Below, one piece after another: positions 24,213 through 37,625 of a DNA stretch of 64,000 nucleotides. The stretch spans positions 11,192,741 through 11,256,740 of the forward strand of contig OZ037768.1 of NCBI GenBank assembly GCA_964035545.1, given 5' to 3'. How positions within the stretch are numbered: position 1 is the first letter of the stretch; every line of letters begins with the position of its first letter. This stretch comes from Bugula neritina (lineage: Eukaryota > Animalia > Bryozoa). The translations under genes and the position numbers were made by a program. The notes under the pieces were generated by a model. The model was not told where the DNA came from, made no database searches, and worked only from the letters and a program-made list of their open reading frames with translations.

Positions 24213-24331
24213 AGTCTACAGCACCTGGTATTCCCAGGCGGTCACCCATCCAAGTACTAACCAGGCTCGACGTTGCTTAGCTTCAGTGATCGGACTAGAA
24301 CTGGCGTTTTCAACGTGATATGGCCGTAGAC
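24213..24331 (-). rRNA. 5S rRNA copy 25 (C36A)
   Basis: Repeat copy, ggactagaac; last variant copy in window. Confidence 0.96.
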
Positions 24332-25001
24332 AACAGTGCACCCTTCGCAGCGATACTGGCTGAAGAATTAGCGGGGCGCGCTCGAGCGTGCAAGCACGTT
24401 GGTGATGCAGTGGCTGCAGTGCGCATTGCCTACTCACACTCTGCAGGTCACAACACCAGTCATGATATTATTATAGCTTAATGCACAGCAAAGGTTTAAA
24501 ATAAGCAGGCCTGAGAGGGGGCAAGACGAGAGTCGCGACACCACGGCACACAACTGGAGAGTTGCGCAAAATCTCCGCGTCACATTCGTGTGACTTTCAG
24601 GATGTGTGCTGTAGCATTGATTGAGATGAGTTTTGAAAGCATTTGCACATGTATATCAGGCAATTTAATTTTGGAATAATTTCAACACTGCATTAGAGTT
24701 GATTAAATAAAATATTATTCTTGAGAAAGTCTTAAACAATTCTTTTTTGGAATTTGTGAAGCCATGCATCAGAAGAAATTCAAAAAGAATTTCAAAAATA
24801 AAAACATGTAATAAAAAGCAAGAATGATATAATATAATATTATTTTTTGGAAAGGAATGTTAAATATTCCATTTGAGTTAGTGTGTTGAAAAACATTTCA
24901 CATCAGCAAGTTGGAAGAAATAATATTCGAGTAACTGATCATAATATTACTATTGCGTGTTGCTAATGTTTTTGTGTTTGAGGAGAGAAAAAAGAAAAAA
25001 A

Positions 25002-25120
25002 AGTCTACAGCACCTGGTATTCCCAGGCGGTCACCCATCCAAGTACTAACCAGGCTCGACGTTGCTTAGCTTCAGTGATCGGACGAGAACTGGCGTTTTC
25101 AACGTGATATGGCCGTAGAC
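25002..25120 (-). rRNA. 5S rRNA copy 26
   Basis: Repeat copy. Confidence 0.98.
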
Positions 25121-25790
25121 AACAGTGCACCCTTCGCAGCGATACTGGCTGAAGAATTAGCGGGGCGCGCTCGAGCGTGCAAGCACGTTGGTGATGCAGT
25201 GGCTGCAGTGCGCATTGCCTACTCACACTCTGCAGGTCACAACACCAGTCATGATATTATTATAGCTTAATGCACAGCAAAGGTTTAAAATAAGCAGGCC
25301 TGAGAGGGGGCAAGACGAGAGTCGCGACACCACGGCACACAACTGGAGAGTTGCGCAAAATCTCCGCGTCACATTCGTGTGACTTTCAGGATGTGTGCTG
25401 TAGCATTGATTGAGATGAGTTTTGAAAGCATTTGCACATGTATATCAGGCAATTTAATTTTGGAATTATTTCAACACTGCATTAGAGTTGATTAAATAAA
25501 ATATTATTCTTGAGAAAGTCTTGAACAATTCTTTTTTGGAATTTGTGAAGCCATGCATCAGAAGAAATTCAAAAAGAATTTCAAAAATAAAAATATGTAA
25601 TAAAAAGCAAGAATGATATAATATAATATTATTGTTTGGAAAGGAATGTTGAATATTCCATTTGAGTTAGTGTGTTGAAAAACATTTCACATCAGCAAGT
25701 TGGAAGAAATATTATTCGAGTAACTGATCATAATATTACTATTGCGTGTTGCTAATGTTTTTGTGTTTGAGGAGAGAAAAAAGAAAAAAA

Positions 25791-25909
25791 AGTCTACAGC
25801 ACCTGGTATTCCCAGGCGGTCACCCATCCAAGTACTAACCAGGCTCGACGTTGCTTAGCTTCAGTGATCGGACGAGAACTGGCGTTTTCAACGTGATATG
25901 GCCGTAGAC
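25791..25909 (-). rRNA. 5S rRNA copy 27
   Basis: Repeat copy. Confidence 0.98.
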
Positions 25910-26579
25910 AACAGTGCACCCTTCGCAGCGATACTGGCTGAAGAATTAGCGGGGCGCGCTCGAGCGTGCAAGCACGTTGGTGATGCAGTGGCTGCAGTGC
26001 GCATTGCCTACTCACACTCTGCAGGTCACAACACCAGTCATGATATTATTATAGCTTAATGCACAGCAAAGGTTTAAAATAAGCAGGCCTGAGAGGGGGC
26101 AAGACGAGAGTCGCGACACCACGGCACACAACTGGAGAGTTGCGCAAAATCTCCGCGTCACATTCGTGTGACTTTCAGGATGTGTGCTGTAGCATTGATT
26201 GAGATGAGTTTTGAAAGCATTTGCACATGTATATCAGGCAATTTAATTTTGGAATTATTTCAACACTGCATTAGAGTTGATTAAATAAAATATTATTCTT
26301 GAGAATGTCTTAAACAATTCTTTTTTGGAATTTGTGAAGCCATGCATCAGAAGAAATTCAAAAAGAATTTCAAAAATAAAAACATGTAATAAAAAGCAAG
26401 AATGATATAATATAATATTATTTTTTGGAAAGGAATGTTAAATATTCCATTTGAGTTAGTGTGTTGAAAAACATTTCACATCAGCAAGTTGGAAGAAATA
26501 ATATTCAAGTAACTGATCATAATATTACTATTGCGTGTTGCTAATGTTTTTGTGTTTGAGGAGAGAAAAAAGAAAAAAA

Positions 26580-26698
26580 AGTCAACAGCACCTGGTATTC
26601 CCAGGCGGTCACCCATCCAAGTACTAACCAGGCTCGACGTTGCTTAGCTTCAGTGATCGGACGAGAACTGGCGTTTTCAACGTGATATGGCCGTAGAC
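26580..26698 (-). rRNA. 5S rRNA copy 28 (A115U)
   Basis: Repeat copy, gtcaacagc at 26581. Confidence 0.95.
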
Positions 26699-27368
26699 AA
26701 CAGTGCACCCTTCGCAGCGATACTGGCTGAAGAATTAGCGGGGCGCGCTCGAGCGTGCAAGCACGTTGGTGATGCAGTGGCTGCAGTGCGCATTGCCTAC
26801 TCACACTCTGCAGGTCACAACACCAGTCATGATATTATTATAGCTTAATGCACAGCAAAGGTTTAAAATAAGCAGGCCTGAGAGGGGGCAAGACGAGAGT
26901 CGCGACACCACGGCACACAACTGGAGAGTTGCGCAAAATCTCCGCGTCACATTCGTGTGACTTTCAGGATGTGTGCTGTAGCATTGATTGAGATGAGTTT
27001 TGAAAGCATTTGCACATGTATATCAGGCAATTTAATTTTGGAATTATTTCAACAATGCATTAGAGTTGATTAAATAAAATATTATTCTTGAGAAAGTCTT
27101 AAACAATTCTTTTTTGGAATTTGTGAAGCCATGCATCAGAAGAAATTCAAAAAGAATTTCAAAAATAAAAACATGTAATAAAAAGCAAGAATGATATAAT
27201 ATAATATTATTTTTTGGAAAGGAATGTTAAATATTCCATTTGAGTTAGTGTCTTGAAAAACATTTCACATCAGCAAGTTGGAAGAAATAATATTCAAGTA
27301 ACTGATCATAATATTACTATTGCGTGTTGCTAATGTTTTTGTGTTTGAGGAGAGAAAAAAGAAAAAAA

Positions 27369-27487
27369 AGTCTACAGCACCTGGTATTCCCAGGCGGTCA
27401 CCCATCCAAGTACTAACCAGGCTCGACGTTGCTTAGCTTCAGTGATCGGACGAGAACTGGCGTTTTCAACGTGATATGGCCGTAGAC
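27369..27487 (-). rRNA. 5S rRNA copy 29
   Basis: Repeat copy. Confidence 0.98.
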
Positions 27488-28157
27488 AACAGTGCACCCT
27501 TCGCAGCGATACTGGCTGAAGAATTAGCGGGGCGCGCTCGAGCGTGCAAGCACGTTGGTGATGCAGTGGCTGCAGTGCGCATTGCCTACTCACACTCTGC
27601 AGGTCACAACACCAGTCATGATATTATTATAGCTTAATGCACAGCAAAGGTTTAAAATAAGCAGGCCTGAGAGGGGGCAAGACGAGAGTCGCGACACCAC
27701 GGCACACAACTGGAGAGTTGCGCAAAATCTCCGCGTCACATTCGTGTGACTTTCAGGATGTGTGCTGTAGCATTGATTGAGATGAGTTTTGAAAGCATTT
27801 GCACATGTATATCAGGCAATTTAATTTTGGAATTATTTCAACACTGCATTAGAGTTGATTAAATAAAATATTATTCTTGAGAAAGTCTTAAACAATTCTT
27901 TTTTGGAATTTGTGAAGCCATGCATCAGAAGAAATTCAAAAAGAATTTCAAAAATAAAAACATGTAATAAAAAGCAAGAATGATATAATATAATATTATT
28001 TTTTGGAAAGGAATGTTAAATATTCCATTTGAGTTAGTGTGTTGAAAAACATTTCACATCAGCAAGTTGGAAGAAATAATATCCGAGTAACCGATCATAA
28101 TATTACTATTGCGTGTTGCTAATGTTTTTGTGTTTGAGGAGAGAAAATAGAAAAAAA

Positions 28158-28276
28158 AGTCTACAGCACCTGGTATTCCCAGGCGGTCACCCATCCAAGT
28201 ACTAACCAGGCTCGACGTTGCTTAGCTTCAGTGATCGGACGAGAACTGGCGTTTTCAACGTGATATGGCCGTAGAC
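28158..28276 (-). rRNA. 5S rRNA copy 30
   Basis: Repeat copy. Confidence 0.98.
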
Positions 28277-28946
28277 AACAGTGCACCCTTCGCAGCGATA
28301 CTGGCTGAAGAATTAGCGGGGCGCGCTCGAGCGTGCAAGCACGTTGGTGATGCAGTGGCTGCAGTGCGCATTGCCTACTCACACTCTGCAGGTCACAACA
28401 CCAGTCATGATATTATTATAGCTTAATGCACAGCAAAGGTTTAAAATAAGCAGGCCTGAGAGGGGGCAAGACGAGAGTCGCGACACCACGGCACACAACT
28501 GGAGAGTTGCGCAAAATCTCCGCGTCACATTCGTGTGACTTTCAGGATGTGTGCTGTAGCATTGATTGAGATGAGTTTTGAAAGCATTTGCACATGTATA
28601 TCAGGCAATTTAATTTTGGAATTATTTCAACACTGCATTAGAGTTGATTAAATAAAATATTATTCTTGAGAAAGTCTTGAACAATTCTTTTTTGGAATTT
28701 GTGAAGCCATGCATCAGAAGAAATTCAAAAAGAATTTCAAAAATAAAAATATGTAATAAAAAGCAAGAATGATATAATATAATATTATTGTTTGGAAAGG
28801 AATGTTGAATATTCCATTTGAGTTAGTGTGTTGAAAAACATTTCACATCAGCAAGTTGGAAGAAATATTATTCGAGTAACTGATCATAATATTACTATTG
28901 CGTGTTGCTAATGTTTTTGTGTTTGAGGAGAGAAAAAAGAAAAAAA

Positions 28947-29065
28947 AGTCTACAGCACCTGGTATTCCCAGGCGGTCACCCATCCAAGTACTAACCAGGC
29001 TCGACGTTGCTTAGCTTCAGTGATCGGACGAGAACTGGCGTTTTCAACGTGATATGGCCGTAGAC
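28947..29065 (-). rRNA. 5S rRNA copy 31
   Basis: Repeat copy. Confidence 0.98.
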
Positions 29066-29735
29066 AACAGTGCACCCTTCGCAGCGATACTGGCTGAAGA
29101 ATTAGCGGGGCGCGCTCGAGCGTGCAAGCACGTTGGTGATGCAGTGGCTGCAGTGCGCATTGCCTACTCACACTCTGCAGGTCACAACACCAGTCATGAT
29201 ATTATTATAGCTTAATGCACAGCAAAGGTTTAAAATAAGCAGGCCTGAGAGGGGGCAAGACGAGAGTCGCGACACCACGGCACACAACTGGAGAGTTGCG
29301 CAAAATCTCCGCGTCACATTCGTGTGACTTTCAGGATGTGTGCTGTAGCATTGATTGAGATGAGTTTTGAAAGCATTTGCACATGTATATCAGGCAATTT
29401 AATTTTGGAATTATTTCAACACTGCATTAGAGTTGATTAAATAAAATATTATTCTTGAGAATGTCTTAAACAATTCTTTTTTGGAATTTGTGAAGCCATG
29501 CATCAGAAGAAATTCAAAAAGAATTTCAAAAATAAAAACATGTAATAAAAAGCAAGAATGATATAATATAATATTATTTTTTGGAAAGGAATGTTAAATA
29601 TTCCATTTGAGTTAGTGTGTTGAAAAACATTTCACATCAGCAAGTTGGAAGAAATAATATTCAAGTAACTGATCATAATATTACTATTGCGTGTTGCTAA
29701 TGTTTTTGTGTTTGAGGAGAGAAAAAAGAAAAAAA

Positions 29736-29854
29736 AGTCTACAGCACCTGGTATTCCCAGGCGGTCACCCATCCAAGTACTAACCAGGCTCGACGTTGCT
29801 TAGCTTCAGTGATCGGACGAGAACTGGCGTTTTCAACGTGATATGGCCGTAGAC
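29736..29854 (-). rRNA. 5S rRNA copy 32
   Basis: Repeat copy. Confidence 0.98.
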
Positions 29855-30524
29855 AACAGTGCACCCTTCGCAGCGATACTGGCTGAAGAATTAGCGGGGC
29901 GCGCTCGAGCGTGCAAGCACGTTGGTGATGCAGTGGCTGCAGTGCGCATTGCCTACTCACACTCTGCAGGTCACAACACCAGTCATGATATTATTATAGC
30001 TTAATGCACAGCAAAGGTTTAAAATAAGCAGGCCTGAGAGGGGGCAAGACGAGAGTCGCGACACCACGGCACACAACTGGAGAGTTGCGCAAAATCTCCG
30101 CGTCACATTCGTGTGACTTTCAGGATGTGTGCTGTAGCATTGATTGAGATGAGTTTTGAAAGCATTTGCACATGTATATCAGGCAATTTAATTTTGGAAT
30201 TATTTCAACACTGCATTAGAGTTGATTAAATAAAATATTATTCTTGAGAAAGTCTTAAACAATTCTTTTTTGGAATTTGTGAAGCCATGCATCAGAAGAA
30301 ATTCAAAAAGAATTTCAAAAATAAAAACATGTAATAAAAAGCAAGAATGATATAATATAATATTATTTTTTGGAAAGGAATGTTAAATATTCCATTTGAG
30401 TTAGTGTGTTGAAAAACATTTCACATCAGCAAGTTGGAAGAAATAATATCCGAGTAACCGATCATAATATTACTATTGCGTGTTGCTAATGTTTTTGTGT
30501 TTGAGGAGAGAAAATAGAAAAAAA

Positions 30525-30643
30525 AGTCTACAGCACCTGGTATTCCCAGGCGGTCACCCATCCAAGTACTAACCAGGCTCGACGTTGCTTAGCTTCAGTG
30601 ATCGGACGAGAACTGGCGTTTTCAACGTGATATGGCCGTAGAC
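30525..30643 (-). rRNA. 5S rRNA copy 33
   Basis: Repeat copy. Confidence 0.98.
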
Positions 30644-31313
30644 AACAGTGCACCCTTCGCAGCGATACTGGCTGAAGAATTAGCGGGGCGCGCTCGAGCG
30701 TGCAAGCACGTTGGTGATGCAGTGGCTGCAGTGCGCATTGCCTACTCACACTCTGCAGGTCACAACACCAGTCATGATATTATTATAGCTTAATGCACAG
30801 CAAAGGTTTAAAATAAGCAGGCCTGAGAGGGGGCAAGACGAGAGTCGCGACACCACGGCACACAACTGGAGAGTTGCGCAAAATCTCCGCGTCACATTCG
30901 TGTGACTTTCAGGATGTGTGCTGTAGCATTGATTGAGATGAGTTTTGAAAGCATTTGCACATGTATATCAGGCAATTTAATTTTGGAATTATTTCAACAC
31001 TGCATTAGAGTTGATTAAATAAAATATTATTCTTGAGAAAGTCTTGAACAATTCTTTTTTGGAATTTGTGAAGCCATGCATCAGAAGAAATTCAAAAAGA
31101 ATTTCAAAAATAAAAATATGTAATAAAAAGCAAGAATGATATAATATAATATTATTGTTTGGAAAGGAATGTTGAATATTCCATTTGAGTTAGTGTGTTG
31201 AAAAACATTTCACATCAGCAAGTTGGAAGAAATATTATTCGAGTAACTGATCATAATATTACTATTGCGTGTTGCTAATGTTTTTGTGTTTGAGGAGAGA
31301 AAAAAGAAAAAAA

Positions 31314-31432
31314 AGTCTACAGCACCTGGTATTCCCAGGCGGTCACCCATCCAAGTACTAACCAGGCTCGACGTTGCTTAGCTTCAGTGATCGGACGAGA
31401 ACTGGCGTTTTCAACGTGATATGGCCGTAGAC
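31314..31432 (-). rRNA. 5S rRNA copy 34
   Basis: Repeat copy. Confidence 0.98.
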
Positions 31433-32102
31433 AACAGTGCACCCTTCGCAGCGATACTGGCTGAAGAATTAGCGGGGCGCGCTCGAGCGTGCAAGCACGT
31501 TGGTGATGCAGTGGCTGCAGTGCGCATTGCCTACTCACACTCTGCAGGTCACAACACCAGTCATGATATTATTATAGCTTAATGCACAGCAAAGGTTTAA
31601 AATAAGCAGGCCTGAGAGGGGGCAAGACGAGAGTCGCGACACCACGGCACACAACTGGAGAGTTGCGCAAAATCTCCGCGTCACATTCGTGTGACTTTCA
31701 GGATGTGTGCTGTAGCATTGATTGAGATGAGTTTTGAAAGCATTTGCACATGTATATCAGGCAATTTAATTTTGGAATTATTTCAACACTGCATTAGAGT
31801 TGATTAAATAAAATATTATTCTTGAGAATGTCTTAAACAATTCTTTTTTGGAATTTGTGAAGCCATGCATCAGAAGAAATTCAAAAAGAATTTCAAAAAT
31901 AAAAACATGTAATAAAAAGCAAGAATGATATAATATAGTATTATTTTTTGGAAAGGAATGTTAAATATTCCATTTGAGTTAGTGTGTTGAAAAACATTTC
32001 ACATCAGCAAGTTGGAAGAAATAATATTCAAGTAACTGATCATAATATTACTATTGCGTGTTGCTAATGTTTTTGTGTTTGAGGAGAGAAAAAAGAAAAA
32101 AA

Positions 32103-32221
32103 AGTCTACAGCACCTGGTATTCCCAGGCGGTCACCCATCCAAGTACTAACCAGGCTCGACGTTGCTTAGCTTCAGTGATCGGACGAGAACTGGCGTTTT
32201 CAACGTGATATGGCCGTAGAC
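32103..32221 (-). rRNA. 5S rRNA copy 35
   Basis: Repeat copy. Confidence 0.98.
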
Positions 32222-32891
32222 AACAGTGCACCCTTCGCAGCGATACTGGCTGAAGAATTAGCGGGGCGCGCTCGAGCGTGCAAGCACGTTGGTGATGCAG
32301 TGGCTGCAGTGCGCATTGCCTACTCACACTCTGCAGGTCACAACACCAGTCATGATATTATTATAGCTTAATGCACAGCAAAGGTTTAAAATAAGCAGGC
32401 CTGAGAGGGGGCAAGACGAGAGTCGCGACACCACGGCACACAACTGGAGAGTTGCGCAAAATCTCCGCGTCACATTCGTGTGACTTTCAGGATGTGTGCT
32501 GTAGCATTGATTGAGATGAGTTTTGAAAGCATTTGCACATGTATATCAGGCAATTTAATTTTGGAATTATTTCAACAATGCATTAGAGTTGATTAAATAA
32601 AATATTATTCTTGAGAAAGTCTTAAACAATTCTTTTTTGGAATTTGTGAAGCCATGCATCAGAAGAAATTCAAAAAGAATTTCAAAAATAAAAACATGTA
32701 ATAAAAAGCAAGAATGATATAATATAATATTATTTTTTGGAAAGGAATGTTAAATATTCCATTTGAGTTAGTGTCTTGAAAAACATTTCACATCAGCAAG
32801 TTGGAAGAAATAATATTCAAGTAACTGATCATAATATTACTATTGCGTGTTGCTAATGTTTTTGTGTTTGAGGAGAGAAAAAAGAAAAAAA

Positions 32892-33010
32892 AGTCTACAG
32901 CACCTGGTATTCCCAGGCGGTCACCCATCCAAGTACTAACCAGGCTCGACGTTGCTTAGCTTCAGTGATCGGACGAGAACTGGCGTTTTCAACGTGATAT
33001 GGCCGTAGAC
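32892..33010 (-). rRNA. 5S rRNA copy 36
   Basis: Repeat copy. Confidence 0.98.
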
Positions 33011-33680
33011 AACAGTGCACCCTTCGCAGCGATACTGGCTGAAGAATTAGCGGGGCGCGCTCGAGCGTGCAAGCACGTTGGTGATGCAGTGGCTGCAGTG
33101 CGCATTGCCTACTCACACTCTGCAGGTCACAACACCAGTCATGATATTATTATAGCTTAATGCACAGCAAAGGTTTAAAATAAGCAGGCCTGAGAGGGGG
33201 CAAGACGAGAGTCGCGACACCACGGCACACAACTGGAGAGTTGCGCAAAATCTCCGCGTCACATTCGTGTGACTTTCAGGATGTGTGCTGTAGCATTGAT
33301 TGAGATGAGTTTTGAAAGCATTTGCACATGTATATCAGGCAATTTAATTTTGGAATTATTTCAACACTGCATTAGAGTTGATTAAATAAAATATTATTCT
33401 TGAGAAAGTCTTAAACAATTCTTTTTTGGAATTTGTGAAGCCATGCATCAGAAGAAATTCAAAAAGAATTTCAAAAATAAAAACATGTAATAAAAAGCAA
33501 GAATGATATAATATAATATTATTTTTTGGAAAGGAATGTTAAATATTCCATTTGAGTTAGTGTGTTGAAAAACATTTCACATCAGCAAGTTGGAAGAAAT
33601 AATATCCGAGTAACCGATCATAATATTACTATTGCGTGTTGCTAATGTTTTTGTGTTTGAGGAGAGAAAATAGAAAAAAA

Positions 33681-33799
33681 AGTCTACAGCACCTGGTATT
33701 CCCAGGCGGTCACCCATCCAAGTACTAACCAGGCTCGACGTTGCTTAGCTTCAGTGATCGGACGAGAACTGGCGTTTTCAACGTGATATGGCCGTAGAC
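33681..33799 (-). rRNA. 5S rRNA copy 37
   Basis: Repeat copy. Confidence 0.98.
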
Positions 33800-34469
33800 A
33801 ACAGTGCACCCTTCGCAGCGATACTGGCTGAAGAATTAGCGGGGCGCGCTCGAGCGTGCAAGCACGTTGGTGATGCAGTGGCTGCAGTGCGCATTGCCTA
33901 CTCACACTCTGCAGGTCACAACACCAGTCATGATATTATTATAGCTTAATGCACAGCAAAGGTTTAAAATAAGCAGGCCTGAGAGGGGGCAAGACGAGAG
34001 TCGCGACACCACGGCACACAACTGGAGAGTTGCGCAAAATCTCCGCGTCACATTCGTGTGACTTTCAGGATGTGTGCTGTAGCATTGATTGAGATGAGTT
34101 TTGAAAGCATTTGCACATGTATATCAGGCAATTTAATTTTGGAATTATTTCAACACTGCATTAGAGTTGATTAAATAAAATATTATTCTTGAGAAAGTCT
34201 TAAACAATTCTTTTTTGGAATTTGTGAAGCCATGCATCAGAAGAAATTCAAAAAGAATTTCAAAAATAAAAACATGTAATAAAAAGCAAGAATGATATAA
34301 TATAATATTATTTTTTGGAAAGGAATGTTAAATATTCCATTTGAGTTAGTGTGTTGAAAAACATTTCACATCAGCAAGTTGGAAGAAATAATATTCGAGT
34401 AACTGATCATAATATTACTATTGCGTGTTGCTAATGTTTTTGTGTTTGAGGAGAGAAAAAAGAAAAAAA

Positions 34470-34588
34470 AGTCTACAGCACCTGGTATTCCCAGGCGGTC
34501 ACCCATCCAAGTACTAACCAGGCTCGACGTTGCTTAGCTTCAGTGATCGGACGAGAACTGGCGTTTTCAACGTGATATGGCCGTAGAC
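34470..34588 (-). rRNA. 5S rRNA copy 38
   Basis: Repeat copy. Confidence 0.98.
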
Positions 34589-35258
34589 AACAGTGCACCC
34601 TTCGCAGCGATACTGGCTGAAGAATTAGCGGGGCGCGCTCGAGCGTGCAAGCACGTTGGTGATGCAGTGGCTGCAGTGCGCATTGCCTACTCACACTCTG
34701 CAGGTCACAACACCAGTCATGATATTATTATAGCTTAATGCACAGCAAAGGTTTAAAATAAGCAGGCCTGAGAGGGGGCAAGACGAGAGTCGCGACACCA
34801 CGGCACACAACTGGAGAGTTGCGCAAAATCTCCGCGTCACATTCGTGTGACTTTCAGGATGTGTGCTGTAGCATTGATTGAGATGAGTTTTGAAAGCATT
34901 TGCACATGTATATCAGGCAATTTAATTTTGGAATTATTTCAACACTGCATTAGAGTTGATTAAATAAAATATTATTCTTGAGAAAGTCTTAAACAATTCT
35001 TTTTTGGAATTTGTGAAGCCATGCATCAGAAGAAATTCAAAAAGAATTTCAAAAATAAAAACATGTAATAAAAAGCAAGAATGATATAATATAATATTAT
35101 TTTTTGGAAAGGAATGTTAAATATTCCATTTGAGTTAGTGTGTTGAAAAACATTTCACATCAGCAAGTTGGAAGAAATAATATTCGAGTAACTGATCATA
35201 ATATTACTATTGCGTGTTGCTAATGTTTTTGTGTTTGAGGAGAGAAAAAAGAAAAAAA

Positions 35259-35377
35259 AGTCTACAGCACCTGGTATTCCCAGGCGGTCACCCATCCAAG
35301 TACTAACCAGGCTCGACGTTGCTTAGCTTCAGTGATCGGACGAGAACTGGCGTTTTCAACGTGATATGGCCGTAGAC
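35259..35377 (-). rRNA. 5S rRNA copy 39
   Basis: Repeat copy. Confidence 0.98.
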
Positions 35378-36047
35378 AACAGTGCACCCTTCGCAGCGAT
35401 ACTGGCTGAAGAATTAGCGGGGCGCGCTCGAGCGTGCAAGCACGTTGGTGATGCAGTGGCTGCAGTGCGCATTGCCTACTCACACTCTGCAGGTCACAAC
35501 ACCAGTCATGATATTATTATAGCTTAATGCACAGCAAAGGTTTAAAATAAGCAGGCCTGAGAGGGGGCAAGACGAGAGTCGCGACACCACGGCACACAAC
35601 TGGAGAGTTGCGCAAAATCTCCGCGTCACATTCGTGTGACTTTCAGGATGTGTGCTGTAGCATTGATTGAGATGAGTTTTGAAAGCATTTGCACATGTAT
35701 ATCAGGCAATTTAATTTTGGAATTATTTCAACACTGCATTAGAGTTGATTAAATAAAATATTATTCTTGAGAAAGTCTTAAACAATTCTTTTTTGGAATT
35801 TGTGAAGCCATGCATCAGAAGAAATTCAAAAAGAATTTCAAAAATAAAAACATGTAATAAAAAGCAAGAATGATATAATATAATATTATTTTTTGGAAAG
35901 GAATGTTAAATATTCCATTTGAGTTAGTGTGTTGAAAAACATTTCACATCAGCAAGTTGGAAGAAATAATATTCGAGTAACTGATCATAATATTACTATT
36001 GCGTGTTGCTAATGTTTTTGTGTTTGAGGAGAGAAAAAAGAAAAAAA

Positions 36048-36166
36048 AGTCTACAGCACCTGGTATTCCCAGGCGGTCACCCATCCAAGTACTAACCAGG
36101 CTCGACGTTGCTTAGCTTCAGTGATCGGACGAGAACTGGCGTTTTCAACGTGATATGGCCGTAGAC
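36048..36166 (-). rRNA. 5S rRNA copy 40
   Basis: Repeat copy. Confidence 0.98.
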
Positions 36167-36836
36167 AACAGTGCACCCTTCGCAGCGATACTGGCTGAAG
36201 AATTAGCGGGGCGCGCTCGAGCGTGCAAGCACGTTGGTGATGCAGTGGCTGCAGTGCGCATTGCCTACTCACACTCTGCAGGTCACAACACCAGTCATGA
36301 TATTATTATAGCTTAATGCACAGCAAAGGTTTAAAATAAGCAGGCCTGAGAGGGGGCAAGACGAGAGTCGCGACACCACGGCACACAACTGGAGAGTTGC
36401 GCAAAATCTCCGCGTCACATTCGTGTGACTTTCAGGATGTGTGCTGTAGCATTGATTGAGATGAGTTTTGAAAGCATTTGCAGATGTATATCAGGCAATT
36501 TAATTTTGGAATTATTTCAACACTGCATTAGAGTTGATTAAATAAAATATTATTCTTGAGAAAGTCTTAAACAATTCTTTTTTGGAATTTGTGAAGCCAT
36601 GCATCAGAAGAAATTCAAAAAGAATTTCAAAAATAAAAACATGTAATAAAAAGCAAGAATGATATAATATAATATTATTTTTTGGAAAGGAATGTTAAAT
36701 ATTCCATTTGAGTTAGTGTGTTGAAAAACATTTCACATCAGCAAGTTGGAAGAAATAATATTCGAGTAACTGATCATAATATTACTATTGCGTGTTGCTA
36801 ATGTTTTTGTGTTTGAGGAGAGAAAAAAGAAAAAAA

Positions 36837-36955
36837 AGTCTACAGCACCTGGTATTCCCAGGCGGTCACCCATCCAAGTACTAACCAGGCTCGACGTTGC
36901 TTAGCTTCAGTGATCGGACGAGAACTGGCGTTTTCAACGTGATATGGCCGTAGAC
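36837..36955 (-). rRNA. 5S rRNA copy 41
   Basis: Repeat copy. Confidence 0.98.
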
Positions 36956-37625
36956 AACAGTGCACCCTTCGCAGCGATACTGGCTGAAGAATTAGCGGGG
37001 CGCGCTCGAGCGTGCAAGCACGTTGGTGATGCAGTGGCTGCAGTGCGCATTGCCTACTCACACTCTGCAGGTCACAACACCAGTCATGATATTATTATAG
37101 CTTAATGCACAGCAAAGGTTTAAAATAAGCAGGCCTGAGAGGGGGCAAGACGAGAGTCGCGACACCACGGCACACAACTGGAGAGTTGCGCAAAATCTCC
37201 GCGTCACATTCGTGTGACTTTCAGGATGTGTGCTGTAGCATTGATTGAGATGAGTTTTGAAAGCATTTGCACATGTATATCAGGCAATTTAATTTTGGAA
37301 TTATTTCAACACTGCATTAGAGTTGATTAAATAAAATATTATTCTTGAGAAAGTCTTAAACAATTCTTTTTTGGAATTTGTGAAGCCATGCATCAGAAGA
37401 AATTCAAAAAGAATTTCAAAAATAAAAACATGTAATAAAAAGCAAGAATGATATAATATAATATTATTTTTTGGAAAGGAATGTTAAATATTCCATTTGA
37501 GTTAGTGTGTTGAAAAACATTTCACATCAGCAAGTTGGAAGAAATAATATCCGAGTAACCGATCATAATATTACTATTGCGTGTTGCTAATGTTTTTGTG
37601 TTTGAGGAGAGAAAAAAGAAAAAAA

